A stretch of 62,939 nucleotides of DNA, the filler included. It is 6 parts of 6 records of this genome, joined end to end, with 100 filler letters (N's around TTAATTAATTAA, not from the genome) between each part and the next. Parts side by side here need not be neighbours in the genome. Positions count along the whole stretch, not along the records: positions 25,978 to 35,820 come from DRR723986_37871; positions 35,921 to 41,246 come from DRR723986_37913; 4 more parts are not named here. One strand, given 5' to 3'. The stretch's first letter is position 1; each line of letters starts with the position of its first letter. Both the position numbers and the translations under genes were made by a program. Below, piece by piece: positions 30,746 to 40,818 of this stretch. The notes beneath the pieces are model-generated. The model was not told where the DNA came from and made no database searches. It saw only the letters and a list, made by a program, of their open reading frames with translations.

Positions 30746-31109
30746 CTATAATGGTGGTAGAAGTAGAGTCTGCATCACCTAGCCACGAATAGTTTTTGTA
30801 AGCTGTTAACGTTACTTCATAAGTACCGGCAACACTAAAAGTTCGTGAAAATTCTGTTTCTGACCAACCTAAATCATTTTCAGGAGCTCCTGCAGGTCCT
30901 TTTATAAACCAAGTATAGCTTAAAGCTTTTTCTGAACATGATTTAAATTCAACAGCCGTTCCTACGCTGACATTTGTAGCGTCTGTATCAATGCAGGCTT
31001 TTGGTGGCTTATTACAAGCAACCAAACCAAGAGCTAGAGTGAATAGTAGGTAGTAAGTTTTCAAACTAAATTTTTTACTAAAGTAGGAAAGTTGTTTTGA
31101 TTGTACCAA
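30738..31109 (-). CDS. Small PKD/Ig-like domain lipoprotein
   Basis: Lipobox LVAC; SYTW...GTYEVTLTA PKD motif. Start uncertain. Confidence 0.7.
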   Translation of the reverse strand: MVQSKQLSYFSKKFSLKTYYLLFTLALGLVACNKPPKACIDTDATNVSVGTAVEFKSCSEKALSYTWFIKGPAGAPENDLGWSETEFSRTFSVAGTYEVTLTAYKNYSWLGDADSTSTTIIVN

Positions 31110-31115
31110 ATTGAT

Positions 31116-31727
31116 TTATAAAAATCTTGGTTGCCGATTAAAGCAATACAAATCTAAAACCATCAGAAATTTAGCTCCTATTTCTCTGAGGTGAGTGTAA
31201 TTTTTTCGAGTCTGAACATCCCTTGCATTGTAGCCTACGGCATCAATTCCGTAGAATCTCGCAGCAAAAACTGCACGCTGATTATGAAACTTTTGCGAAA
31301 CAATTATCAATTCTTGACAGTTGAAAACTTTTTTTGCTCTAACTACAGAGTCTAAGGTTCTAAAACCAGCATAATCTCTTATTATGCACGAGTCGGGTAC
31401 ACCAAGTTTAATGAGTGACTCGGCCATAGCAGTTGTTTCATCATATCCTTTGCTGTGATTGTCACCACTAACAATAATTTTTTGAATTTTTCTTTGTTCG
31501 AACAATTCAAAGGCCGCATCAATTCGATATTGATAGTAAGGATTGATGCCTCCGTAATAACCAAATTTAGATGCGCCTAGTACCAATCCAAAATTTTTAG
31601 AAGGCACATTATTTACAGAATCATATAGAAATTTATTAGACTGATTAATTATGATGTAGTTAAAAGAGAAAACGGCAATGATTATTATAAGGGTCAAATA
31701 CGTTCCGATTTTAATAAATAGCTTCAT
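31116..31727 (-). CDS. sanA: SanA/YdcF (DUF218) protein
   Basis: N-terminal TM; GLVLG, IVSGDN, DYAGFRTLDSVVRA, VSQKFHNQRA. Confidence 0.9.
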   Translation of the reverse strand: MKLFIKIGTYLTLIIIIAVFSFNYIIINQSNKFLYDSVNNVPSKNFGLVLGASKFGYYGGINPYYQYRIDAAFELFEQRKIQKIIVSGDNHSKGYDETTAMAESLIKLGVPDSCIIRDYAGFRTLDSVVRAKKVFNCQELIIVSQKFHNQRAVFAARFYGIDAVGYNARDVQTRKNYTHLREIGAKFLMVLDLYCFNRQPRFL

Positions 31728-31891
31728 GAAATTGAAGATCTGATTTTTTTCTTTGCTGAAATAATCGTATCTTAATTATATACACACTCAATTTTTATCC
31801 GCTAAGGATTAAAAATTAACTGCAATAATCTACACAATAAGTAGATTATATAGACGTTTACAAATTATGGCAAAGAAATTGTTACAGAATA

Positions 31892-31918
31892 TGTAACCAA
31901 AACAAACAAGCGCATTAT
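31892..31918 (+). promoter_or_regulatory. Putative ECF-sigma autoregulatory promoter
   Basis: TGTAACCAAAAC-N9-CATTAT upstream of the sigma gene; a second copy with the same spacing lies at 32539-32565. Confidence 0.55.
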
Positions 31919-31953
31919 ACAATTGCAAAGAGATTAAAACCAAACAAAGAACT

Positions 31954-32523
31954 ATGTCAGTTAACCCGATTTATCATCACACAGAGGATAAGCTCAGGCA
32001 GGAGCTTAAGTGGGTGCAGTACGCGAAGGAGGATCCAAAAGGGTTTGAGCCACTGTACAACAAGTATTACGAACAAATTTTCAGGTACGTTTATCAACGT
32101 ATGGACGACAAGGAACTAGCATTTGATGTGACCAGTCAGGTGTTTTTGAAAGCTTTAAACAATATACATAAATATGAGTTTAGAGGCGTTCCTTTCGCAT
32201 CATGGCTATATCGTATAGCTAAAAGTGAATTGTATCAATCATTTAGAGATAAAAAAGCACGCAGAACAGTAAATGTTGAAAGCATGCATTTATTTGAGAT
32301 GATTGAAGATTGGGAGGAGGATTCTTCTGACGAGAACAGACAAATTTTATTAGGTGTCATTTCTCAGTTGGATGAAGACGAAATCCAATTGTTAGAATTG
32401 AGGTTTTTTGAGAAGAGATCCTTTCGAGAAGTGGGTGAAATTCTTGATATTACCGAGAATAACGCCAAAGTGAAATCGCATAGAGTTGTGAAAAAGATGC
32501 GTAAATTATTTGAAAAAAAGTAA
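31954..32523 (+). CDS. ECF RNA polymerase sigma factor
   Basis: Region 2 (DVTSQVFLKA, FASWLYRIA) and region 4 (SFREVGEILDITENNAKVKSHR). Confidence 0.93.
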   Translation: MSVNPIYHHTEDKLRQELKWVQYAKEDPKGFEPLYNKYYEQIFRYVYQRMDDKELAFDVTSQVFLKALNNIHKYEFRGVPFASWLYRIAKSELYQSFRDKKARRTVNVESMHLFEMIEDWEEDSSDENRQILLGVISQLDEDEIQLLELRFFEKRSFREVGEILDITENNAKVKSHRVVKKMRKLFEKK

Positions 32524-32538
32524 AAAATAGGCCTCAGC

Positions 32539-32565
32539 TGTTACCAAAACTGCTGAGGCCGTTAT
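32539..32565 (+). promoter_or_regulatory. Second copy of the putative ECF promoter, embedded in an inverted repeat
   Basis: TGTTACCAAAAC-N9-CGTTAT overlapping GGCCTCAGC...GCTGAGGCC (32530-32560). Confidence 0.5.
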
Positions 32566-32672
32566 TATTTAAAATTCTAAGGAATGAATTACATGTTTGA
32601 ACTAGGTACTTTTAAGAGACTGTAGCTATTTCAATTATCTAAATAAGTTTTTTAGAGATATAAATTGAACAG

Positions 32673-33488
32673 ATGAAACAAATTAAAATTAATTTAGACA
32701 GACCACCGGTTGACTCTAAATCTATCCAAGCTCACAAAGATTTTAATGGTTTAATGAAAAATCATGCGATCATGTCGAAGCCGTTTTACAAATCACCATG
32801 GTTTATGGGGTCAGCAGGCTTGGCAACAGTGGGGTTAGTAGTTGGTGCTGTGGTTGTGATGCAAGAATCTCCTGAACCTGTTCCTGATTTACTTACCACA
32901 CAAAATGAACCGGCACCTCCAGATTTGGAAATGAGTTCGTCAACCATTATAGCACTCAATGCCGATACTGACATTAGTAACGCCGATAGCGAAAAAGATA
33001 ATCAAACAATACAATTTACCAGTAACGAACTAAACGAAATACATGACAAAACATCTACTTTAGAAATTACATCCGAGCAAAAAGAAGTTAACCCAAAAGA
33101 AGAGTTAATTGAAGAAAGTACAGAAAAGTCTGACTTGAAAGAAATAAACAAAACCGATTTGGTTGAAACTAAAAAATCGGATTTATTTGACCTAATGCCA
33201 CGTATTAGTGGAAAGGCTAATGGTCATATTTCAAGAACAGAGTTGTTCGATAATAAAGGGATTACCACTGAGTCTGATGTAAGCGTTATTCATTTTGAAC
33301 TGCATTTAATAGATGGGTTAGGAGGGAAAGTTTTTAAAGAAGAAGGAAATCATTTGAATGAAGAGATGAAAAACGCCCTTCAAAAAATTAATTCTGGAGA
33401 AACTATTTATTTTGAAAACATAAAAGGAAAAACGGATAAAGGAGATGTTGTGCGTCTAAATCCGTTAAGATATGTTTTGATGAATTAA
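32673..33488 (+). CDS. Single-pass membrane protein, putative anti-sigma factor with GldM C-terminal-like domain
   Basis: Short cytoplasmic N-terminus (IQAHKDFNGL), TM helix, low-complexity acidic linker, C-terminal GETIYFENIKG...VRLNPL. Confidence 0.55.
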   Translation: MKQIKINLDRPPVDSKSIQAHKDFNGLMKNHAIMSKPFYKSPWFMGSAGLATVGLVVGAVVVMQESPEPVPDLLTTQNEPAPPDLEMSSSTIIALNADTDISNADSEKDNQTIQFTSNELNEIHDKTSTLEITSEQKEVNPKEELIEESTEKSDLKEINKTDLVETKKSDLFDLMPRISGKANGHISRTELFDNKGITTESDVSVIHFELHLIDGLGGKVFKEEGNHLNEEMKNALQKINSGETIYFENIKGKTDKGDVVRLNPLRYVLMN

Positions 33489-33632
33489 GACGAAATCCAA
33501 CTATTTATTTTTCCCAACGTCTGTGATTACGAAACCGTGTTACTAAACCAACAACTGTTTGTTAATAATTCGGATTTTACGTTGCTGTTTGCGGCGATTT
33601 CTCTATTTTTGTAATAGAATATTGAAGGGGAT

Positions 33633-34562
33633 TTGAAAAAACTACTATCCATATCATGCATGTTATTTTTGAGCATTCAATTGATTGCTCAATCAACTAA
33701 CTTTACAACAAATGACTATTGGAAAAGGCACCGTCATGAGCTTATATTAGGAGCTGGTGCGACAAATACCCTCACCGATTTAGGAGGTTTGAACCGGGTA
33801 GGTTCAGATTATTCAGTTATGGATTTGGAGTGGAGTGCAACACGATTCGGTGTTCATATTGGATATCGAAATCGATTCCGAGCACTTTGGCAAACGACCA
33901 CTTTATTACAATACGGCATGTTTACCGGGTCTGATGCCTTAACATCAGAACCAGCACGAAGCAATCGAAACCTCAGTTTCACAACGCATATGGTTGAACT
34001 CTCTCAGAGATTAGAGTTTATCATTTATAACAATGAGCATTACGGTGCTAGGCACAAGATTAAAGGCCTGAAGGGAATGCGCAATAAGAATACCATTGTT
34101 TATGCTTTTTCAGGAATATCAGGATTTATTTATATGCCAATGGCTCAAGGTGGACCATTTTTGCGACCATTAAGAACAGAAGGTCAAGGCCTTCCGGGTG
34201 GGCCTAAACCTTACGGCTTGTTTAGTTTCGGTATTCCTTTTGGTATTGGAGCAAAAGTAGGGTTGGGGCAATTGTGGAGATTTGGAATGGATGTAAGTTA
34301 CACTAAAACATTTACAGATTATTTTGATGACGTTTCTACTGTTTATTACGATAATGCCGCCCTCGCTGCGGCTTATGGTCCTGTTTCTGCAGCTTACGCA
34401 GACCCTTCATCAGGAGCATTTCCTACTTGGACTGATCCAGGAGAACAAAGAGGCGATCCTAAGCAAAATGACGCCTATTTCTTCATTAACGTCTCTTTCA
34501 TGCGAAACCTAGCTAAACACAATGGTCGTAGGGTGAAGTGGAAGTATAAGGCTCGATACTAA
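33633..34562 (+). CDS. Outer-membrane beta-barrel protein (DUF6089-like)
   Basis: Signal peptide; TDLGG, RNLSF, LRTEGQG, IPFGIG, FTDYFDDVS, QRGDP..ND.Y motifs. TTG start. Confidence 0.7.
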   Translation: MKKLLSISCMLFLSIQLIAQSTNFTTNDYWKRHRHELILGAGATNTLTDLGGLNRVGSDYSVMDLEWSATRFGVHIGYRNRFRALWQTTTLLQYGMFTGSDALTSEPARSNRNLSFTTHMVELSQRLEFIIYNNEHYGARHKIKGLKGMRNKNTIVYAFSGISGFIYMPMAQGGPFLRPLRTEGQGLPGGPKPYGLFSFGIPFGIGAKVGLGQLWRFGMDVSYTKTFTDYFDDVSTVYYDNAALAAAYGPVSAAYADPSSGAFPTWTDPGEQRGDPKQNDAYFFINVSFMRNLAKHNGRRVKWKYKARY

Positions 34563-34641
34563 TTGTTTCGTTGAAATATTAACTGTGTTTGCATAATTAT
34601 GTCCGCAGAGTTATTAAATTTGTAAAAAGCTTTTGTTACGG

Positions 34642-35682
34642 ATGTATAAACTCCTTTTACGCCCAATTTTATTTCTGTTTGACCCAGAATCTGTGCATCA
34701 TTTCACATTCAAGTCAATCAAGATTTCAAGTAAAATTCCTGGTGTAAAATCGATCAGAAAAGGGTTATATTCTATGAACAATAAAGCTTTGGAAAAAGAG
34801 CTCTTTGGAATCAAGTTTAAGAATCCTGTGGGAATTGCAGCTGGATTTGATAAAAATGCCATTTTAATTGATCAGTTAGAAGATTTTGGATTTGGATTCG
34901 TGGAAATTGGAACCTTGACTCCAAAAGCGCAATCCGGAAACGAAAAGCCTCGTTTGTTTCGTTTGAAAAAAGATCAGGGAATTATCAATCGGATGGGCTT
35001 CAATAATGAAGGTGTTGATGCTGCTGTCTTGAAGTTGAAAAAACGAAAGACTAAAATAATTGTAGGTGGTAACATTGGAAAAAATACAGCTACGCCAAAT
35101 GATTCAGCACAACCAGATTATATCTATAGTTTCAAAGCATTACATGATGTAGTCGATTATTTTGTAGTAAACGTAAGTTGCCCAAATGTAGGTGATGTCA
35201 AAAAATTACAAGACCAAGATTTTTTAATGGACTTGCTCAGTGAGCTAAAAAATCTGAACGCTAGTTATGATCAACCAAAGCCAATTTTATTAAAAATTGC
35301 TCCCGATCTTAACGATAAACAATTGGATGAGGTAATAGAAATTGTTGAAGAGACAAAAATTGATGGTGTAATTGCAACCAATACCACTACAAATAGGTCT
35401 AACCTTTCGGTAAGCGAGGAGGAGCTAGGTAAAATTGGTAATGGTGGATTAAGCGGGAAGCCACTTAGCAATAGAAGTACAGAGGTTATTAGGTATCTTG
35501 CGGATAAATCGAATAAAGCTTTTCCAATTATTGGAGTAGGCGGAATTCATTCTGAGAAAGATGCTATTGAGAAGATTGAGGCAGGAGCTGACTTGGTTCA
35601 GATTTATACAGGCTTTATTTATGAAGGCCCTAAACTTGTAAAAAGAATAAACAAAGCTATATTAGATAAAACATATGCTTAA
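34642..35682 (+). CDS. pyrD: Quinone-dependent dihydroorotate dehydrogenase
   Basis: [47 protein letters not shown]. Confidence 0.96.
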   Translation: MYKLLLRPILFLFDPESVHHFTFKSIKISSKIPGVKSIRKGLYSMNNKALEKELFGIKFKNPVGIAAGFDKNAILIDQLEDFGFGFVEIGTLTPKAQSGNEKPRLFRLKKDQGIINRMGFNNEGVDAAVLKLKKRKTKIIVGGNIGKNTATPNDSAQPDYIYSFKALHDVVDYFVVNVSCPNVGDVKKLQDQDFLMDLLSELKNLNASYDQPKPILLKIAPDLNDKQLDEVIEIVEETKIDGVIATNTTTNRSNLSVSEEELGKIGNGGLSGKPLSNRSTEVIRYLADKSNKAFPIIGVGGIHSEKDAIEKIEAGADLVQIYTGFIYEGPKLVKRINKAILDKTYA

Positions 35683-35820
35683 ATTGATTGAATGTCCTAG
35701 AGATGCTATGCAAGGATTGCATGATTTCATCCCCACCGATGTGAAGGCTGGATATATTAATCAATTGTTAAAGGTAGGTTTTGATACAATTGATTTTGGA
35801 AGTTTTGTATCCCCCAAAGC
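35675..35820 (+). CDS. Hydroxymethylglutaryl-CoA lyase (5' fragment, truncated by contig end)
   Basis: [11 protein letters not shown]...[10 protein letters not shown]. Confidence 0.85.
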
Positions 35821-35920
35821 NNNNNNNNNNNNNNNNNNNNNNNNNNNNNNNNNNNNNNNNNNNNTTAATTAATTAANNNNNNNNNNNNNNNNNNNNNNNN
35901 NNNNNNNNNNNNNNNNNNNN
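35821..35920. other. Artificial contig linker
   Basis: 44 N + TTAATTAATTAA + 44 N. Confidence 0.98.
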
Positions 35921-35921
35921 A

Positions 35922-36443
35922 GGCAATGTATTCTTACCAATCGTATCAGAAGATGCATCAATAGATAGTTCTGTAACTCAAAACGATGAAATGCTTACTG
36001 CTACCGCAAGTGGTGTTGGTATCACATACCAATGGATAGATTGTGATAATGGTAATGCACCTATTAGTGGTGAAACTAATCAAACATTTACGGCATCGGC
36101 AAATGGTAATTATGCAGTTATTGTTACAGATACAGACTGTGGGTTATCAGAGACTTCAGCTTGTATTGAAGTTAATTCATTAAGTGTTTCAACGTTTGAA
36201 AACCAATTAAATGTTAGTTTATATCCAAATCCAGTAGTTGATAGTGTTCATATAACACTCGGAAAGACGTATGAAAATCTTATAATTCAAGTCTATTCGC
36301 TTACAGGTCAATTAGTAAAAACTGTAAATGGAACAAATAGTTTAGAATTTGATATGGATATGTCAAACCTACCATCTGGTCATTATTTATTAAAAATAAA
36401 TGCAGAAGGAGGTACTAAATCTTCAATGATAATTAAGAAGTAA
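35922..36443 (+). CDS. T9SS type-A sorting-domain protein (3' fragment)
   Basis: Frame open from the contig edge; YQWIDC...GNYAVIV Ig-like repeat, then YPNP...SGHYLLKI...IIKK CTD. Confidence 0.85.
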   Translation, partial: GNVFLPIVSEDASIDSSVTQNDEMLTATASGVGITYQWIDCDNGNAPISGETNQTFTASANGNYAVIVTDTDCGLSETSACIEVNSLSVSTFENQLNVSLYPNPVVDSVHITLGKTYENLIIQVYSLTGQLVKTVNGTNSLEFDMDMSNLPSGHYLLKINAEGGTKSSMIIKK

Positions 36444-36450
36444 TTATAGA

Positions 36451-36485
36451 TTAGATTGCACCATTTTAAAAATGGTGCAATCTAA
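36451..36485. repeat. Perfect 17-bp inverted repeat between two T9SS genes
   Basis: TTAGATTGCACCATTTT-a-AAAATGGTGCAATCTAA. Confidence 0.85.
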
Positions 36486-36497
36486 AAATAAAATATT

Positions 36498-39400
36498 ATG
36501 AAAAAAACTATTCTATTTGTAATGTCATCATTCATAATGAGTTTGACATTTGCGCAAACAACTTTAAATGAAGGCTTTGAAACTTGGCCACCAACAGGTT
36601 GGGAGATATTTCTCGAAGGAGAAAGTACTCGAGGTTGGCGTCAAGATTTTGAAAACATTTCACATACTGGAGATCATTCAGCAGATTCAAATATTTCTAA
36701 CAATCAAATGGATAATTGGTTGGTGAGTCCAGCAATTAATGTTATCAATCCAAATTACGAGTTAAAGTATTGGGAAATTAGCAATGCAAATGATATTGAA
36801 TTTTATGATAGATCTTCTGTACATGTTTCGACAGGTAGTAGTGATCCTGCTGACGGAGATTATGTAGAAGTTTATGAAGCTAATATTTTGAACACAGTAG
36901 ACTGGGAGGAACGTACGATTGATCTAAGTGCTTATGATGGGCAAACAATTTATGTTGCATTTAGACATGAAGGCACATATCACAAATGGCATCTTGACGA
37001 TGTAACGGTTAGCCCATCAAATTTTGATGATGCAGCATTAACCAATATAAATAATCCAATTGGAATATCTGAAACCCCTAATTTTACAACAGTTGAAGTT
37101 CAATTACAAAATTTTGGAACTACAGTAATTAATGATTTTACTATTACTTGGGAAGTTAATACTATTGCACAAACAACTTATAATGGTTCTTCGTTAAATT
37201 TACAGCCAGGTGAAAGCACAAATATTTCATTAGGAGCCTACAATTTTAATGTAGAAGGGGCTTATGATATTAGTGCACAAGTAAACTTAGCAGGTGATTT
37301 TGATACTTCTAACAACCAGATAAGTGCGACTTATGAAATCTCGTCATTTAAAGATGGTGCTATAGTATCAGTTTCTCCTGATGGCATGATACCTAATCCT
37401 ACTTCACTCGATGTTTTAGTAGATGTTACAAATTTAGGTCAAAACACTATTGAGGTAGTTGAAATAATTTGGTCAATTAATGGAATCGATCAAACTCCAT
37501 TTACAACGGTTAACTTAAATTTAGCTTCAGGTGAAACAACAACAGTAAACCTTGGTCAATATGCATTTACTTCTGGGTTAAATGATGTAGCCGTAACATT
37601 AAATATTTTAGGAGATGTTGATACAAGTAACAATCAGTACGAGGGAATAGTCCCTGTAGATACTTTTTGGGAAAGTTTTGAGGGTGCTAATTTCCCACCA
37701 GAAGGCTGGAGTATTAATTTTGGCGTTAGGGATGATATTAATTTTGACGACCCTGTTGAGGGAAATTACTATTATGCCTCTCAACCAGCAGAAAACTTTT
37801 TTGGAGTTGTAACTGATACCTTATACACACCATTATTAGACATTGAAACTGGTGACCATTTTAGTTTTTATATAAAATCTAGTCTAGCTCAAGCGACTGT
37901 AAATACTTTAGTATGGAAAGATGGAATAACTGATCAGGTTAATGTCATTGCAGACATACCTAACTCACCTGGTTTTAATCAATGGGAGTTGAGAGATTTT
38001 GATATTTCAGCTGCTGCTGGAGTTAATCAGATTGGTATAATAACTACCGCGAGTGGTAATGGATTAACTAAATATGACTTATTTACTTCTGATGCCAAAT
38101 TGCATCAATTTAATAATGATTTAAAAGTGGTCAATGGGGAAATGTACTTTTTGGCAAGGCAGAATATTTCTGAAAACTTTCCAGTTCAAATTAAGAATTT
38201 AGGTCAGAATAATGTTTTAGGTTCAGATTATACGATAAAGCTCATGGAAGCACCTAATACTCAATTAGCCTCTGTTAATGGTGTAAACCTTAATTCACTT
38301 GAAGAAGTAATTTTAAATGTTAATCATTCTTTTTCTACAATAGAAAATAGCAAAAGACTTTATTTTGAAATAGAGTATGCTAATGACGAGAATTTATCTA
38401 ATAATACATTTAGAGAAGCAGAAGTTAGTGTCGTACCTAACACAGTCGAAATTAATACTATTGGTGAATTAGAACAGTATTTAGGTGTTCCTTTCACAGC
38501 AGGTGGAAATACCAATTCTTTAGGCGAAGATGACTTGGTGGAAGCAATGTATTATGATGAAGAGTTTAGTACCTCTGGCGGATATGCTTATGGTGTAGCT
38601 TATAAATATGATAATCTTTTGCTTGCGGATGACGTAAAAGAATATCCATTACAAGTCTGGATAACACAAACAAGTGAAGAAAATCTACAAGGAGGATGGA
38701 CAGATAACGAAGACTTAGTGTTAGTGTTTGATGGTATTGTAGAAATTCTACCAGGCTTCAATAGAGATTTATATATTCCTTTTAATCAACCAGTTTTGCT
38801 TAATGGTACAGAAAATGTAGTTATAAGATCCTATCAATATGATCCTGAATGGCCGCCATCAGTCTTACGTTTTATAGGTGATTTAGAAACGTCAGGTGAA
38901 GTTAGAACAATTGGAACATTAGATGTATTTAATTTAGATGCGGATAATCCACCTGACGGTTTTTTTGAAGAACAAAATTTTAATCAAATACGATTTGTGA
39001 TAGATCCTGTTACATCAAATGCAACAGTATCTGGAACCGTTTATGACTTAGCCACTAATAATCCTATTTCGGGAGCTACAATCTCCCTAGAAGCATCTTC
39101 AATCACAGCAGTAACCGATACGAATGGAACATATACCTTACCAGCATTACCTTATGGCTCATATAATATTACAACAAGTGCAGATGGCTATCTTGATGAT
39201 AATTCAACGATAGATTTTAATACAGCGATACAGACACAAGATTTCTTTTTGAGCCAGCTTCCGGAAGTAGAGGTTTCAGGTTTTGTATTTGGTGATAACG
39301 CACCTTCAACACCATTAGAATCTGTAGAAATAACTTTAACCAGTAATGGTGAAGTTATAGAAACTATATCTACAGATACTACAGGAAATTTCACTTTCCC

Positions 39401-40580
39401 TTTAGTATATGGTGGTTCAGATTATGAAATTACTTTGTTTTTATTTGGTTATGAGGAAGAAGTTATTAATATTTCGCCATTTGATACTGATATAGATTTA
39501 GGCGATATTATACTTATCCAAGAATTTATAAGTCCTTTTGATGTACAAGTAGATGATAGTGATGGGTCTATTGTTTCTTGGAAAAGTCCAAAGTTAAGTT
39601 CTAAAGTCAAACTGCAATATGACTTTAATGAGGAGTCCAATGGGTATTCAAATGAACCAAATGAAGAAGTATGGTTAGGTAATTATTATGAGGTTTCGGA
39701 ATTAACAACTATTACTAGTGTCGAAATCCAAACTTCGATATATCAAGGGGTAGAAGATTTTGTTACTATAGATATAATAGACTTAGTTACTAACGAAGTA
39801 TTGGCATCGAGTGAACCTTTCTTGATACTACAAAATGAAACTCAAGTTATTGATGTCCCTAACATTGTAGTAAATAACGCATTTATGGCAGGAGTTCATT
39901 GGCAAAACAATTCAGAAACAACAAACTTCTTATCTGTTGACTATTCAGATCCTAATATTTTTGATGGAGCCGTAATTCGTTATCCTGGTCAATTTCCGAC
40001 CTTTCTATCTAATTTAATTGGTGTTCAAAGTTCATTTTTATTACGTGTTAATACTTTAGATGACGGTACACCAATAACTAATAATGAGACCATTACTTAT
40101 AATGTTTATCGTGGTTTGGCTAGTGAATTTCCAGATACTTCAAATTGGGATTTGTTAAATAGTTCACCTATAAATGAACTTACTTATATTGATACAAATA
40201 GTACAAATATTGATCCTAATGAATTCTATAGATATGCTATAGAAACTATATACAATCAGGGAGTATCAGAAGTAACATTTTCTAATGCGGTTTTAGGAGG
40301 CGTATTAAATATTGAAGAGTTTGAAGAATTAAGTTCTAGAATCTCAATATTTCCGAATCCTGCAAAAGAGGACTTATCAATAGCTTTAGATTCTAATCTT
40401 AATATCGAAACAGATATTAAAATATATGATGTCTCAGGTAAATTAGTTAAAACCATATCTTCGTCAATCTTTGAAAATAACAATGCAAAAGTTAATGTAG
40501 AATCGTTACAAAGTGGCATGTACTTCGTAAAATTATCTGTTAATGAAGTTACAGTTACTAAGAAATTCTATAAGGAATAA
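36498..40580 (+). CDS. Large T9SS-secreted protein (cleaved-adhesin/choice-of-anchor J, CARDB-like and carboxypeptidase-regulatory-like domains)
   Basis: Signal peptide; EGFE..PPTGW...DNWLVSP...DLSAYDGQTIYVAFRH...LDDV; DTSNN repeats; VSGTV...TDTNGTY; YNVYR; FPNP...SGMYFVKL...KKFYKE CTD. Confidence 0.88.
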   Translation: MKKTILFVMSSFIMSLTFAQTTLNEGFETWPPTGWEIFLEGESTRGWRQDFENISHTGDHSADSNISNNQMDNWLVSPAINVINPNYELKYWEISNANDIEFYDRSSVHVSTGSSDPADGDYVEVYEANILNTVDWEERTIDLSAYDGQTIYVAFRHEGTYHKWHLDDVTVSPSNFDDAALTNINNPIGISETPNFTTVEVQLQNFGTTVINDFTITWEVNTIAQTTYNGSSLNLQPGESTNISLGAYNFNVEGAYDISAQVNLAGDFDTSNNQISATYEISSFKDGAIVSVSPDGMIPNPTSLDVLVDVTNLGQNTIEVVEIIWSINGIDQTPFTTVNLNLASGETTTVNLGQYAFTSGLNDVAVTLNILGDVDTSNNQYEGIVPVDTFWESFEGANFPPEGWSINFGVRDDINFDDPVEGNYYYASQPAENFFGVVTDTLYTPLLDIETGDHFSFYIKSSLAQATVNTLVWKDGITDQVNVIADIPNSPGFNQWELRDFDISAAAGVNQIGIITTASGNGLTKYDLFTSDAKLHQFNNDLKVVNGEMYFLARQNISENFPVQIKNLGQNNVLGSDYTIKLMEAPNTQLASVNGVNLNSLEEVILNVNHSFSTIENSKRLYFEIEYANDENLSNNTFREAEVSVVPNTVEINTIGELEQYLGVPFTAGGNTNSLGEDDLVEAMYYDEEFSTSGGYAYGVAYKYDNLLLADDVKEYPLQVWITQTSEENLQGGWTDNEDLVLVFDGIVEILPGFNRDLYIPFNQPVLLNGTENVVIRSYQYDPEWPPSVLRFIGDLETSGEVRTIGTLDVFNLDADNPPDGFFEEQNFNQIRFVIDPVTSNATVSGTVYDLATNNPISGATISLEASSITAVTDTNGTYTLPALPYGSYNITTSADGYLDDNSTIDFNTAIQTQDFFLSQLPEVEVSGFVFGDNAPSTPLESVEITLTSNGEVIETISTDTTGNFTFPLVYGGSDYEITLFLFGYEEEVINISPFDTDIDLGDIILIQEFISPFDVQVDDSDGSIVSWKSPKLSSKVKLQYDFNEESNGYSNEPNEEVWLGNYYEVSELTTITSVEIQTSIYQGVEDFVTIDIIDLVTNEVLASSEPFLILQNETQVIDVPNIVVNNAFMAGVHWQNNSETTNFLSVDYSDPNIFDGAVIRYPGQFPTFLSNLIGVQSSFLLRVNTLDDGTPITNNETITYNVYRGLASEFPDTSNWDLLNSSPINELTYIDTNSTNIDPNEFYRYAIETIYNQGVSEVTFSNAVLGGVLNIEEFEELSSRISIFPNPAKEDLSIALDSNLNIETDIKIYDVSGKLVKTISSSIFENNNAKVNVESLQSGMYFVKLSVNEVTVTKKFYKE

Positions 40581-40668
40581 TTAATAGTAATAATATTTCT
40601 TGTTTGATAAATTAAGTTAGTAATAAATACTTAAACCAACCTCAAGCATGAAATTACTAAGAAGCAGC

Positions 40669-40812
40669 TCATTGAGCTGTTTCTTGTTTTAGAAGGTAAT
40701 GTTTTAATTCATCATAAGTGCAAATCGAAATGGCAGCTTTCTCTTTATCCATAAAGGCTTCAACTTGAGTTGGAAGCGGTACTGTTTTAACGATAACTTC
40801 TTCTACCACATT
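40669..40812 (-). pseudogene. thrC: Threonine synthase C-terminal remnant
   Basis: VVEEVIVKTVPLPTQVEAFMDKEKAAISICTYDELKHYLL* resembles flavobacterial ThrC C-termini as I recall them; the rest of the gene is absent. Confidence 0.55.
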
Positions 40813-40818
40813 GTTGTA

